DNA of 63,721 nucleotides, filler included, from Welwitschia mirabilis (GCA_051453625.1; 6 parts of one record of this genome joined end to end with filler, not necessarily neighbours in it); one strand, 5' to 3'. Positions 25,171-39,285 are shown, counted from the whole stretch's first letter. Numbers and translations are program-made. The notes: generated by a model from the letters alone, not told the origin.

Positions 25171-27710
25171 TAATCTCCATAAATCCCTTGCATTTTTATT
25201 TTTAAAGTAGGTTGGTTTATGACAATAATGTTTAAAACTCATGTAAATGAATAAAATACTTGGAAAATTATAGGTAATATAAGTAATACAAATTTCTTAC
25301 CTATAAGGATGTATCTGCTTTTCTTTATTAATGTGTTAATTTAGATAGTTTCTAGTTTCTTACATATCATCATTATAAACTATTCTTGTAGTTTTATATC
25401 TTAGTTTTAATCATCTTTATAACTCATGAGATTGTACTAAATGATCTTATATCTAATTTATTATTTTCATTAATGCCTCATGATTTTAGAAAATTTTAAT
25501 ATTGAGGATTTATATCCTTGCACTTATATGCTACATATTTCTTAGGAGGCATGACTTTTAGGGACATAAGTTTATTTTGATTATGCCATATGGGCCCATA
25601 ACTCCTTGATGGTTGAAAATATTTAAAAGTTTTAAGATTAGTTTGAATTTGTATAAAAATTAAAAAGTTTTTATTTGAAACCCTCTTTTACCTTACCCTA
25701 ATTGAGTACTAGGTCTTTTTCCTTTATTATTTCTTTAATATTTTTACCTGATAGATACAACAAAACCTAGGACCAAATTCTACTTACTCCTTAATTAGAA
25801 CTCTATAATCTAAATACCTATAATTAATTTCTAGGTTATTTTGGTTTACAAATAATAGTGATGTCATAAGTTTGTGTTCTTTATTTCTTTTTAGTTTTTC
25901 ATCATATAAAAGATATCTTGTAAATAGTTGAGGAGATGTAAACTTGTTATAAAAATACATGAATAAGTTTAAGTATAATACCTAACCAATATAATACGAG
26001 GTTTAAACTCCAATTAATGGAATTTCAGCTCGATATCCAAGCACCTTCAAATGTGAATTGGTTCTACTTTAAGTTTTTAATTATACAAACATGGTTGGGC
26101 TCAACTCTATAGGCTTTCAATTCACTTCAATATACCTCCAATATGGGTGATAGGTAATACATGAAATGGATGCATGCTTACAAATTACCCCCCTTCCTTG
26201 AAGCATCTCCGAATGATGTAATATGATCCATCAATGTTAAGGGCTTGAAATATTAAATTGGAGTAAGTTCAAACATCAATAAAATAAGAGAGTGGTGATC
26301 AAATCTACTTCCAGAAGGGTATTATACAAGAAAAAATGTAATGCAATATACCTTGGTGATGAAACCCAAGTGTATGATAAACATCATTAGAATTATTTTG
26401 ATTTAGTCTTGTTCAATGAATACACCACATAAATACATGAGTATAATTATAATTAATGTAAATATTTAATGTATTATTTATCTAGTTATAATAATTATAG
26501 ACACCATTAGATTCATTTTATAAAAACAACCATATAAAGAAAACAAGCATATAAGAACATCTCTATATTCAAGATTATAATAATGAAAATCTAGATAAAA
26601 GAAATCTTATTTTCTTTTCTATCTAAATAAATAAAATATTATTTTTTAATTTCAATAATAATAAAAATATTTAAAATGTATCAACTCACATCCTAATAAT
26701 TTACTTAAATAAAATAAGACATACATGGAGTTATGCTGATCCTAGAAACATTCTTCCATGCTCATATGACAATTTTCATTGATTGGTGCAAAGAAGGTAA
26801 ACAAAAGAAAGTGTAGCTTAAGTATAATTTTTAAAATATAAATATTTAGCCAAGATTCATATGGCTATATTATAAGTCAATAAAAAAAGTGATAAACTAG
26901 AGACCATTTATGTAAAAAATGTTACTTAAACTACTAAGATAAAAATGCTTACATGCATACACATTCAAAGTAAGCTAAAACGAAAAGGTAAAAGAGGTAT
27001 TTCTATAAATAAAATATTATTTATAAGTAATTTAACTTAAAATTATTAACAAAAGAATATCTTACAGAATAAAATTCTCTAAAATATTTTATGTAATAAT
27101 CTTTATATAATTTAAAACATTAATTATAACATTTTTGGGATCTAGTAAGACATCATAGTCAAAAATTAATAATTAATTATTTATGAAGCAAAAAATATAT
27201 TATAANNNNNNNNNNNNNNNNNNNNNNNNNNNNNNNNNNNNNNNNNNNNNNNNNNNNNNNNNNNNNNNNNNNNNNNNNNNNNNNNNNNNNNNNNNNNNNN
27301 NNNNNCTATGGGTTAGTGCAAAGAAGGTAAACAAAGAAAGTATAGCTTAAGCATAATTATTAAGATATAAGTATTTATCCAAGATTTCATATGGTTATAT
27401 TATAAGTCAATAAAAATAAGTGATAAGATATAGGCTACTTATGTCACTTAAACTACTAAGGTGAAAACTCTTATAAGCATGCATATTCAAAGTAAGCTAA
27501 AGAAAAAGGGTAAAAGATGTGTTTCTGTAATTGAATACCATTTACGGATAATTTAACTTAAATATACTAATAGAAACATATTTTATATACTCAATTTTCC
27601 TATAAAATTTTGTGTAATATTTTTTTTAATAATTTTAAACAGTAATTATAACATTTTTGGACTACAAGGAGACATCATAGTTCAAAATTAATAATTAATT
27701 AATGATAAAG

Positions 27711-27810
27711 NNNNNNNNNNNNNNNNNNNNNNNNNNNNNNNNNNNNNNNNNNNNTTAATTAATTAANNNNNNNNNNNNNNNNNNNNNNNNNNNNNNNNNN
27801 NNNNNNNNNN
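27711..27810. other. Synthetic scaffold-join linker 44N-TTAATTAATTAA-44N
   Basis: An identical 100-nt construct occurs five times; the 12-mer gives stops in all six frames. Confidence 0.95.
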
Positions 27811-28750
27811 AAATTACAATCCTACTACATCACACTAAAATGATCATAACTTTCAAAGTACTTTGAGTTTTTAAATGATTCAAGATGATTTGGAAAGCTT
27901 ATTCAATTTTCCACAACTTAGGATACTCAAGTTTGTAAATACATTAATAGATAGGTGTGAAAACATAAATTATTTGCTTACTAATTTCTATATTTATTTT
28001 CTAATATATTTTAATAAATAATTTTTTAAAAAATAATTATCCATCAGAAAAATAACTATTTTTACATTTTCATGTACATGACACAATCTTAGACTGAAAA
28101 AATAATTTCACTAATTTATACCTATTCTTAAAATTTAATTTTCACGATAACAAAAAAAAAATGATAAAGTTTCTCCAATTAGTTAAGTAATAATTTGTAT
28201 TAGAAAAATAAAGGGTATATTAACTAATTAGTTAAAAAATAAATCAATTATAGAAAAATCAGTGTATAAAGAAAATCAAATTAATTCAAAACTATAAGCC
28301 TTGAGATTTTCCATGAAAGAGTACTAGCCTAAAGGGATTTTTCATGATTAGACTTTACCCATAATAAGATGGTCCTAATGTATAATAAATTAGAAAAAAT
28401 GTAACACTAAAATAAACATGGGTATTCAAATTTCTTGGTCCTTATAGTAAATCCCTTGGTTACTTGGCCATAATCATCCATTACAAATTCTCCATCACTA
28501 AGCATAAGAAACCCCTCATATCTAACCATAATATCTTGATGGAAGCCAATGGGAGGGAATAATATTTTATAACATAAATGCATAAAAGATATAAATAATT
28601 AAATAATAAAATATCACATCATTTCAATAGAAAAAAGAAATCATACGAATAATAATAGTAAGGAGTTTACTTAGAAAGATTAGTAAGACATTGATAGTTT
28701 AAGATGATAAAGATATAAGCTCAAGCTCCATAAGCAAATAAAATAAAGAA

Positions 28751-28770
28751 AGAGAGAGAGAGAGAGAGAG
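28751..28770. repeat. (AG)10 microsatellite inside the solo LTR (second copy 29136-29153)
   Basis: Direct reading. On the minus strand it is a CT tract downstream of the TATATATA box at ~29222. Confidence 0.95.
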
Positions 28771-30240
28771 GAAAAAAGAAATGCACTTATATAAAATAAG
28801 ATGAAAGCATCTCACTTTACAAGAGAGANNNNNNNNNNNNNNNNNNNNNNNNNNNNNNNNNNNNNNNNNNNNNNNNNNNNNNNNNNNNNNNNNNNNNNNN
28901 NNNNNNNNNNNNNNNNNNNNNNNNNNNNNNNNNNNNNNNNNNNNNNNNNNNNNNNNNNNNNNNNNNNNNNNNNNNNNNNNNNNNNNNNNNNNNNNNNNNN
29001 NNNNNNNNNNNNNNNNNNNNNNNNNNNNNNNNNNNNNNNNNNNNNNNNNNNNNNNNNNNNNNNNNNNNNNNNNNNNNNNNNNNNNNNNNNNNNNNNNNNN
29101 NNNNNNNNNNNNNNNNNNNNNNNNNNNNNNNNNNNAGAGAGAGAGAGAGAGAGGAAAAAAGAAATGCACTTATATGAAACAAAATGAAAGTATCTCCCTT
29201 TACAAGAGAGAAAAGGATCCCTATATATAGATAAACAAAGGCATATAGCTCAATATCACATGATTACATGATTTAGCATTAATAAGTGGGATAAGTAATA
29301 AGTGACATTGGAGTACAAACATACATCTAATTAGGGTGAGTAATCTTCTTAATTCAATTAGCAAGTTTAATTAGACGCATCATTTCCTCATGCTCACTCT
29401 TGTTGATCCTTCCTAGGCTTATAAGTAAGTTTAATTCATCCAAGACATGTATCAAAATAATAAATTCACAAATCTTAAAATTAACATATGGCTTAATGAG
29501 ACAAACTCTTCAATTCTAATAAATAAATCAATGAATAATAAAGTAATGAGTATGATATGAACAAAGTACCCTTACACATCTCAAGAACATAAAAGTCNNN
29601 NNNNNNNNNNNNNNNNNNNNNNNNNNNNNNNNNNNNNNNNNNNNNNNNNNNNNNNNNNNNNNNNNNNNNNNNNNNNNNNNNNNNNNNNNNNNNNNNNNNN
29701 NNNNNNNNNNNNNNNNNNNNNNNNNNNNNNNNNNNNNNNNNNNNNNNNNNNNNNNNNNNNNNNNNNNNNNNNNNNNNNNNNNNNNNNNNNNNNNNNNNNN
29801 NNNNNNNNNNNNNNNNNNNNNNNNNNNTCCTCACATAATGGGATTATTTAATTTTAGATGTTTGGATAGATTTTCTCATAAAAACCTTTCAATATAATTT
29901 TTTTCCAATTTCATGATAAATTATAAAGGTTACAGACTAAGTTTAATTTTAAAATGACATCTTATTTCATAAGAAACTTAAATAAGGATAATTATTCATT
30001 TGACTAAAAGCTTAACATACTTATTATTGAAGTAAATAAGGTTTACAAAATATGGGATATAACACTTTATGATACAACATTTTATCTAAGCATGCATGGT
30101 ACATCTTAATTGGTTAAATAATTATATTATGGTTAACATAAGCATTGGTGAGCTACACATACATACACATGTGCATNNNNNNNNNNNNNNNNNNNNNNNN
30201 NNNNNNNNNNNNNNNNNNNNNNNNNNNNNNNNNNNNNNNN

Positions 30241-30310
30241 ACACACACACACACATACACACACACACACACACAAACACACACAGATGCACACACGTGT
30301 GTGTGTGTAT
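30241..30310. repeat. Imperfect (CA)n/(TG)n microsatellite
   Basis: acacacacac...gcacacacgtgtgtgtgtgt, adjoining a gap. Confidence 0.95.
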
Positions 30311-32710
30311 ACGCACATTCGCATATCATTTTTTGGAAAGTTTTATAACGATCTTTTTAACAAGTTAAGTAGATGATTGGATGGATGAAGCACTGGTCCC
30401 ATCATAATATGATCTTGATTAATTGTATCAAAAGGTAAATTATGTCCTTATACACTCCTCTACTTATTTAAGTCTGTGTGAAGTTTTAAAAGTGCATATA
30501 AATATATGATAAAATGATTTTTTTATGGATGATTTATTAGATATGCATACTCATAAAGGAAGTCAATGTTATATCTATGACATATCTAAGGATAACCTTA
30601 TATATAAATGTTAGGTTGTTAAGATTACTAAATGTTTTTATTATTAGATTAAAATGATCAAAATTTACATTTGTTAATATTATCTTTCTTATAAGATAAG
30701 TCAAAATGCATTTTTCTTATTTTAATAGTTTTGTCTCTTCCATGTAGAGTAAATTTTTTTATTGTCCTGTTCAAACTCATAAAATTTTCTTTCTTCAAAA
30801 AAGTGCCACTCCTTTTTAGCTTAGGATTCCTTATTATTTTGCAAAATGATACTTATTTTTCAAAATGATAACAAATATTCTTTTGGCAAGTGAAGATAAA
30901 ATTGGTTTCTAGATTCCTATGCATGAATTATCTTATTAAGAAAAGCACAATTATACTTTAGGTTGATTTTATGTTACCTTGGATCTCAATCATTCATTGA
31001 AGATGAATAGTTAATGATCTATTTTCATCCTCTTTTCTATAAATATAGATCCATATCCCTATATTTTCTTAATACATTACCTATGCTTGTGTCTTACTTT
31101 ACCCATGTTGCTATTCTTACTCTCAGTGCTTATCCTTATCACTAGAAGTTTGATGTTGCCATGAGATCTATCACTACCATGACCCTCTCTTACCTAGCTA
31201 AATTCAAGTTTTGATAAGATGTTTAAGAGGAATTAAAATTCCATATAGAGGGTGAATTTCATGAATGTCTATAGGAATATTCCATTATTTACTTGGATAA
31301 GATGGATGAAAGAAGATGGAGTAGCCTTATTTGTTAAAAAAAGGAAAAGATTAAAAAAACAAAGAAACTACTTTCCTAAAATGTGAAAGAACTTTTTAAG
31401 AATTTATATGTTATGCATGATACAAAAAAGATAAACAGATGAACTAGACAAGGAAGAATAATTAGTTTCATAAAAGCTAGCTACAAGAAGAAGAAGAATT
31501 GAGACTTTTATTACTTTAATACTTATTTCTATAGCCTTTTTTAACTTAATGATGAAGGTCATTACTATTATTTAGAGAAGTAATCAGCAAAAATATGTGT
31601 AAAACTATATCTTGAGTACAGTCCAGATTAGAAAGATGCCTTGCCATGTTGGTTTCTTTTTAAGAATGAATTACCCGTTTCAGAGTTACTATTAAAAAAA
31701 TATGTCCTTCCTTCCATGTTTGATATGCTCACTCTTTATATTTTGATTTAATCTTTGTTATCTAAAATGGTAAAATATTCAATGTTTGTAAATTTCTTTG
31801 TAGTTTTTTGAAATATTCAAAGGAAAGTAATATTCTTATCTTTTGTAAATGCTAGTGAACCCTTGCATGTTAAGGTTTGAAATGCAATGGTTAATTGTTA
31901 TTGTTGAAGCACAATAGTAGATAAGCATTATAAGACAAATTGGACATCAAGAAAAGAAGTTAACACTTTTAAAGTCTAAGAAGAATAATAAGAAAAAGAA
32001 GAAAAATAATAACCATAAAGGTCAAGATTACCTGTTATTGCTTCTTTAGAAGAGGAAAGGTAACTCTTGAAGATGGTGCCTAGAAAGCATAAAAGTTGGG
32101 TGTGAAAGATTTGGATAAATATAAATAAATATAAGAAATAAATAATATTAAATATTACTAAAAGTAAAGGGGAAGTTATGTCAAAACTTGATGAAATCCC
32201 TAGGATCCTAAGATCTAGAGAAGGATTTTTTCATGAAATAGTTATTCCAAGACCTCCTTCTTTACTTGACATACCTTCTCTTTTTCTTTCTTTGTTTAAT
32301 ATGATTTTCTATATGCCTTGAAGTATTTTGTTGAAATATGTAGTATTTTTCCCTAAGAAATGGTAAATGGATTATATTAACTCAAAAAGCAAGAAAAGAT
32401 ACAATATAGCTTAGAAGCTATTTTTCCAAACATGGTAAAAATCTCTCTGATACTCAAACCCTCCAAATGTCAGCATCTAATTTTATCAAGCCAGGTTCCT
32501 AGTTCTAATAAGATATAGGATCAAGGCTAGCATACCTCAAGGGATTTACAAGAAAACGATATTCATTAAGAGCATATCTAGGAGGGGGATTTAGGAAATG
32601 GGACTAACATCCATGGGCTCTATTTTCTCTTTTTATTATTGTTCCTCCTCATTCACTACTTATTTTTCATGCTATTATTGCTCTAATAACACATCATCAG
32701 TGTATCTAGG

Positions 32711-35323
32711 ACACATGAGAAGGCCATGCTTTTTGTCATTTTCTATGTACTTTAGTGGTTTCCATAGTAGTAAATTTACATAGTTTCCCTTAAGATGTCT
32801 TACTGAGAGAAAATGCCTACATCAATCTACACTTTTCTTTGATATAATAGCTAGTTCAACCCTTAGTGGTGTACTTTACAACCTTAGAGAGAATAGTGAA
32901 GAGAGTCATAGTGAAAGAAAGAAAAATATATCTAAAACTCCTCCATCATGATAGCAAGCAAGTGGAAGTGGAGCTTGTTTATGTTGTCAAAGTGGCCTTT
33001 TAAAGTGAAATATTTCATGATTAGAGTAGTTCAAGAATCAAATCGCCTTGGCAGATCTTCCCTTCTGTATCTTCCTCCTTTCTTCTATAAGTTTTCTTAA
33101 TTAATCTTTCAAAATGGGAAATTATTGAAGCCTTATATGCACCCCTTTTCAGCCTTATGCATTAAGGACTTGTGCAAATAGCATCACTAATGTAAGAAAT
33201 ATCAATGTAGATGGTGGTGTTACCTATCCAAGTGGATCTACCATTCTAGTTTCTAAAGAACTATTTGGATAGATCATAACCATGTTCTCTGAGGCTAAGA
33301 ACATAGGAATTCCATCCTGCAACTTGGAAGGCCTTTTAGGTTTGCTCATGATTTAATAGTATATCATGCTTGATAAGTTCAGTTATTAGAGGTTTTACCA
33401 TATCTTTTGATGCATTGAGATCATGGCAGTTGCTCAGTCATAGTTTAGATGCTCCACTCAAGCACGACTCGAATGCTCTCAACTATTTATTTATCTAAAA
33501 AATGAGCTTGATTTTGTTTATACAGTTTGGAATGTCACATTTTTTATAGCCCTGGGTTGAATTTAACTCTTCAATTTATTTGATTATTTTAAATTTTAAC
33601 TTTAAAATGGATATATTTTCCTGCTGAAAAATAATATTACATCTATTCTTCTATAAAATCAAAGCACCAATAATTATGAAGACATTTTTTCTAAAAGGAT
33701 TAAAAGTATCTAAGCGAATGTCAGGAGGAGGAGTTACGTTGATGCTTTTCCAATGATCTTTTAAAATAGAACATTACATGAAAAGGTGATTTCGAAACCC
33801 ATTTTCTTCATGGCACATTGAATAATCTTGATCAACTCTTAAGTTTAATTGAATGATATTATCTACCATGGAAATACAACCCTTTAATATATACCATTAA
33901 AACATCTNNNNNNNNNNNNNNNNNNNNNNNNNNNNNNNNNNNNNNNNNNNNNNNNNNNNNNNNNNNNNNNNNNNNNNNNNNNNNNNNNNNNNNNNNNNNN
34001 NNNNNNNACACATGAGGAGGCCACGTTTTTTGTCATTTTCTGTGTACTTTAGTGGTTTCCATAGTAGTAAATTTACATAGGTTCCCTTAAGATGTCTTGC
34101 CAAGAGAAAATGACTACATAAATCTACACTTTTCTTTGATATAATAGCTAGTTCAACCCTTAGTGATGTACTTTACAACCTTAGAGAGAATAGTGAAGAA
34201 AGTCATAGAGAAAGAAAGAAAGATCTATCTAAAACTCCTCCATCATGATAGCAAGCAAGTGGAAGTGAAGCTCGTTTATGTTGTCAAAGTGGCCTTTTAA
34301 AGTGAAATATTTCATGATCAGAGTAGTTCAAGAATCAAATGGCCTTGGCAGATCTTCCCTTCTGTATCTTCCTCCTTTCTTCTATAAGTTTTCTTGATTA
34401 ATCTTTCAAAATGGAAAATTATTAAAGCCTTATATGCACCCTTTTTTAGCCCTATGCATTAATGACTTGTGCAAATACCATCACTAATGGAAGAAATATT
34501 AATGTAGATGGTGGTGTTACCTATTCAAGTGGATCTACCATTTCAGTTTTTAAAGAACTGTTTGGATAGATCATAACCATGTTCTCTGAGGCTAAGAACA
34601 TAGGAATTCCATTCTGCAACTTGGAAGGCCTTTTAGGTTTGCTCATGATTTATTAGTGCATCATGCTTGATAAGTTCCATTATTAGAGGTTTTACCATAT
34701 CTTTTGGTGCATTGAGATCATGGCAGTTGCTCATTCATAGTTCAGATGCTCCACTCAAGCACGGCTTGAATGCTCTCAACTATGTGTTTTTCTAAAAAGT
34801 GAGCTTGGTTTTGTTTGTATGGTTTGTAATGTTACATTTTTTATAGCCCTAGAATTAATTCAACTCTTCGATTTATTTGATTATTTTAAATTTTAACTTT
34901 AAAATGGATATTTTTTCCTACTGAAAAATAATATAGCATCTATTCTTTCATAAAATCAAAGCACCAATAATTATGAAGACATTTTTTCTGAAAGGATTAA
35001 AAGTATCTAAGTTAATGTCAAGAGGAGGAGTTACGTTGATGCTTTTCCAATGATCTTTTAGAATAGAACATTGCATGAAAAGGTGATTNNNNNNNNNNNN
35101 NNNNNNNNNNNNNNNNNNNNNNNNNNNNNNNNNNNNNNNNNNNNNNNNNNNNNNNNNNNNNNNNNNNNNNNNNNNNNNNNNNNNNNNNACATTGCATGAA
35201 AAGGTGATTTCGAGACCTATTTTCTTCATGGCACCTTGAATAATCTTGATCAACTCTTAAGTTTAATTAAATGAGATTATCTACCATGAAAATACAATCC
35301 TTTAATATATACCATTAAAACAT
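32711..35323. repeat. Largest gap-flanking direct duplication (~32711-33907 vs ~34008-35323)
   Basis: The same ~1.2 kb is read twice on either side of a 100-N gap, with scattered, mostly transition, differences. Confidence 0.9.
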
Positions 35324-38230
35324 CTTAATTTTCTTTAGAACATTCAATTTCCATAATTCTTCCATATATAGTTATATTCAAACAAATTATGATAGATTAC
35401 TGAAATGTTGATTTTGCCATGTTGAATAGAAAGAATTTGATTTTCAAAAACATGAGGCCAAACGTCTCTGGTGAAAGGAATTGTGTATTTCAAAAAGTAG
35501 AGTGCCTTTCTTTATTGCCATAATCCTTTTTAAATAATTTTATGTAAAGAATGCTATTTTTAGATAAGAATATAAAGTAGTGCTTTACAAGAATTCATTT
35601 TTTCATATCCATAGTTTTTCTAATGCTAAGACCACATGCTTTTTTAGGCATGTCTATTTACTCATAGATTATAAGACGTAATCTCTTGTAAAACTTACCA
35701 CCTAATCAAATGAATCTCTGATAATATTATTTATCAAGCTGTCATAGTTGTTAGATATAGGAAAGCAACTGGTAGGATAAATGGCCATGTTTGCTAGGCA
35801 AAATTTGACAAGGAGGATTTTCTTTGCATGTGATAAGAATTTTTTATCCCATCTAGTCAATTAAAATACAATTTTCCTTATGGAGGAAGGTTAAATGTTA
35901 TTAGCAATTTGATCAGAATCAAAAGGAAGACTAAGATAAGCATTAAAAAATTTTGCTTGCAAATATTGAAAGACCTTTAAGATATCTGTCTTTTTTTTAT
36001 GAGGAGTGTTAATAAGAAAGAGCTTAGATTTGTATCAATTTATTGTAAGACCTAAGAATTTGTGAAACTCATTTAAAAGGCTATGCCTTTGCTTGGTCGC
36101 TAGAAGACTAGAGTCTAAACATAAGAGAGTATCATTTGCAAACTGGAGGATGGGATGAGAAGAAACTAATTTGATAGCNNNNNNNNNNNNNNNNNNNNNN
36201 NNNNNNNNNNNNNNNNNNNNNNNNNNNNNNNNNNNNNNNNNNNNNNNNNNNNNNNNNNNNNNNNNNNNNNNNNNNNNNATTTCTGATAATATTATCTATC
36301 AAGTTGGCATAGTTGTTAGATATAGGAAAGCAACTGGTTGGATAAATGGTCATGTTTGCTAGGCAAAATTTGGCAAGGAGGATTTTCTTTGCACGTGATA
36401 AGAATTTGTTATCCCATCTAGTCAATTGAACTACAATTTTTCTTATGAAGGGAGGTCAAATGTTATTAGCAATCTGATCAAAATAAAAAGGAAGACTATG
36501 ATAAGCATTAAAAAATTTTGCTTACAAATATTGAAAGACCTTTAAGATATCTGTCTTCTTTTAATGAGGAGTGTTAATAAGAAAGAGCTTAGATTTGTAT
36601 AAATTTATTGTAAGACCTAAGAATTTGTAAAACTCATTTAAAAGGCTATGCCTTTGCTTTATTACTAGAAAACTAGAGTCTAAACATAAGAGATCATCAT
36701 TTGCAAACTAGAGGATGGAATGAGAAGAAACTAATTTGATAGCTGAAATCTCATTCTCAATGAAGAGTCTAGCTAAGCACTCCATCACAAGAACAAAAAT
36801 ACTAAGAGAAAGGGGATTACCTTAATTTAGACTGTTGCTACCGTGAAAGTAATTTTATCTCTCCTAATTAATCATAATAAAGAAGGTCAACATTAAATTG
36901 CAAAAGTAAATGAGACATCTGATAGGCATGGGTATACCATGCTTTTGTAACACATAGTCTATTGTTTACCATTGGACTACATCAAATGCTGTAATTATAC
37001 TAATCTTCATAAGCATTAGAGATTTATTTTTTTCATTGTGTAAATGGAGGATTTAATTAGCAAGAATGATATTGTCATGGATGGCTCTTCTTAAAACAAA
37101 ACCCGACTATCAGAAAACATTACAAAGACTAATTGATCTATATTGATGAGAGCTTTTTATATCTTCTATTTTAGGAATAATAGTGAAAAGGGTATCATTG
37201 AAAGGATTGTAAAAGATATATTTTTTGAAAGTTTCTTGGACCACATCACATACATCAATTTTGATAACATCCCAAAAAGTCTAATAGAACTTTATAGCGA
37301 ATCCATTAGGGCTTGATTCCTTGTTCTTTTTCATGGAGTTAACGATGTTTTTAATTTCATCTTCTATAACTTATTGATTTAAGTAGCATTGTTGATCGTT
37401 TGAAATAGGAGGACCAACTAGCACATTGCTTAGATCTACCAGTTTTTCTGTAAATAGATTCTGAAATTAAAAAATTTAAGAATTAGCAATCTGGGCATTG
37501 ATCTTGTATCATGTTATAAACACACTTCACTATATGCTTTTTTTTTTTTTTTTATCTGTGTCTATTTATCATTTGAAAGAAAAACTTTGTGTTACAGTCC
37601 CTTTCTTTAAGCTACTGCATTCTAAATCTCTATTTTCAGTAAATTTTTTTCCTTAGAAGATATATTGTGAATTTGAGAGATAAGATGTTTTTCATATTCT
37701 GTATCTGAATTAGTAGATTCATTGTTCTTTTAGATAATGATTAGATCTCTATNNNNNNNNNNNNNNNNNNNNNNNNNNNNNNNNNNNNNNNNNNNNNNNN
37801 NNNNNNNNNNNNNNNNCTTAAAATTTTGAGCTTTTAAAATAATCTATAAGTAGATGTACCTTTCACCAGAGTATTCGAAATATGATTGATAAAATCAATG
37901 AATTTTGAATCTTTTAACTAGGAATGCTCTAATTAGAAGAGAGATTTCTTTTAAGGGGAGTCCATCATTAGGATTATAGGCCTGTGATTAAAGAAAAATC
38001 TAGCTTTTTATTTAAGAAAGAAATGCTTATTTAAGTTCTTAACCAAATATCTATCAATTCTAAACATGATAAGATTTGCTCCTTCTTGAAGATTACTTTA
38101 GGTATAGGAAGCACCATAAAGGAAAATACCTCTATAACTTAATTATCTACACATTCAATAAAAGGATCAATGGTAGAAAGATTAGGAACATTACCAAGAT
38201 TCTCATAAGAGCTACAAATCTAATTCAAGT
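34280..38230 (-). mobile_element. Decayed L1-clade LINE ORF2 (endonuclease C-part, RT, C-terminal region); the 3' part also appears as a duplicate at ~32960-33907
   Basis: RIDRYLV and FNHRPII (APE); SPNGFAIKFY*TFWDVIK; IIPKIEDIKSSHQYRSISLCNV; SGFVLRRAIHDNIILA; *GNPLSLSIFVLVMECL; FANDDLL (FADD); WDNKFLSRAKKILLAKFCL; MPKKACGLSIRK. The 3' end is not defined. Confidence 0.85.
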
Positions 38231-39272
38231 TTTTAGGATTTTATTTTGCCAATTGATGTCAAACTAATATGATTTTTGTAGAATAAAATATGATTTTATA
38301 GATGAAAGAAACTATAGGATCTATACCCAAAAGATAGCAGGATTTGAACATGTTCAAAGTAAGGCTACTTCATGTCGGGTTGACCTAACATTTCTATAAG
38401 GACGATCAAACCTGTAAGTTCTATCTAACATTTCTGTAAGGGTAACTGAACATTGTTAAGTCTATCCAACATTTCTGTAAGGGTGACCTAATGAGCAGAC
38501 TATCAAAATCTAAGCCAAATAAGGAAGACCTAACATTTCTGTAAGGGTAACCAGATCTTGAGTCCACTGGATGTTTTGAGAGGTCGACTGGTCAGTGCGA
38601 AAGTGGAAAATTTAAAGTGATTTTCTAACTATTACTTCACCAAATCTAGCCATTGCAAATGTCAGATTCATGCCCAACTATCCAAATGGTTATATTTTGG
38701 AAAATCTATAAATAAGAGGCAACACTCAAAAACCTAGGGGGCTTAACATTGGAATCTATTTTTGAAAAGGAAGGTTGCACTCTTGATGTGAAAGGCTTAT
38801 CTGTGTACTATCATTTTTCTCTTTCTCAGCACTTACCTTTGTATCAGATCTAAGTAATGAGGCTCCTTTGTTAGTTCTTTCACTTGAGTGATCTAGAGCA
38901 TAAAGGCTTCATTCTTTCACTTATCATTATGCATTTTCTGAAGGTTGAGACTTAGCCTACAAAAGTCCATTTAAAGAGGTTGAGATTTATCCTGGAAAAG
39001 CCCACTTTGAAAGGTTAAAGGTTAGCCTTGAAAACCTAGTTCATAGTGATGTAACAGAGATTTGAAATAGAATTAGTTATTAACTATCTTTCGAGAGTGG
39101 AGTAGGGTGTAGCCCAAACCACTATAAATCTTATCTTATGCATTTATTTTGATTCTATTTTTTAATTTCATTTTATTATATCTTTTTATACATAATCTTT
39201 TTTTAAAGTAATAATTGTTTAAATTTTTCAAAAGCCCTATTCATCCCCCTCTAAGGTTAATGATCCTACAAA

Positions 39273-39285
39273 TGGTATCAGAGCC
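39273..39285 (+). promoter_or_regulatory. PBS complementary to initiator tRNA-Met
   Basis: TGGTATCAGAGCC, 2 nt after the LTR-terminal CA. Confidence 0.95.

Larger units (their letters stand above)
25674..30064 (-). mobile_element. Solo LTR (~4 kb) of a Tekay/Del chromovirus family
   Basis: Collinear end to end with 43951-48038. The minus-strand start is TGTTATATCCC. Flanks TTTTA (25669-25673) and CTTTA (30065-30069) form a 4/5 TSD. There is no adjacent PBS or PPT. Confidence 0.8.

Noticed and set aside
27755..27766. TTAATTAATTAA as a biological repeat or piggyBac-type site
   Set aside because: It is always centred in exactly 44+44 Ns, so it is a synthetic spacer.
30096..30368. His/Thr- and Cys/Val-rich ORFs
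   Set aside because: They are translations of a CA/TG microsatellite plus a gap.
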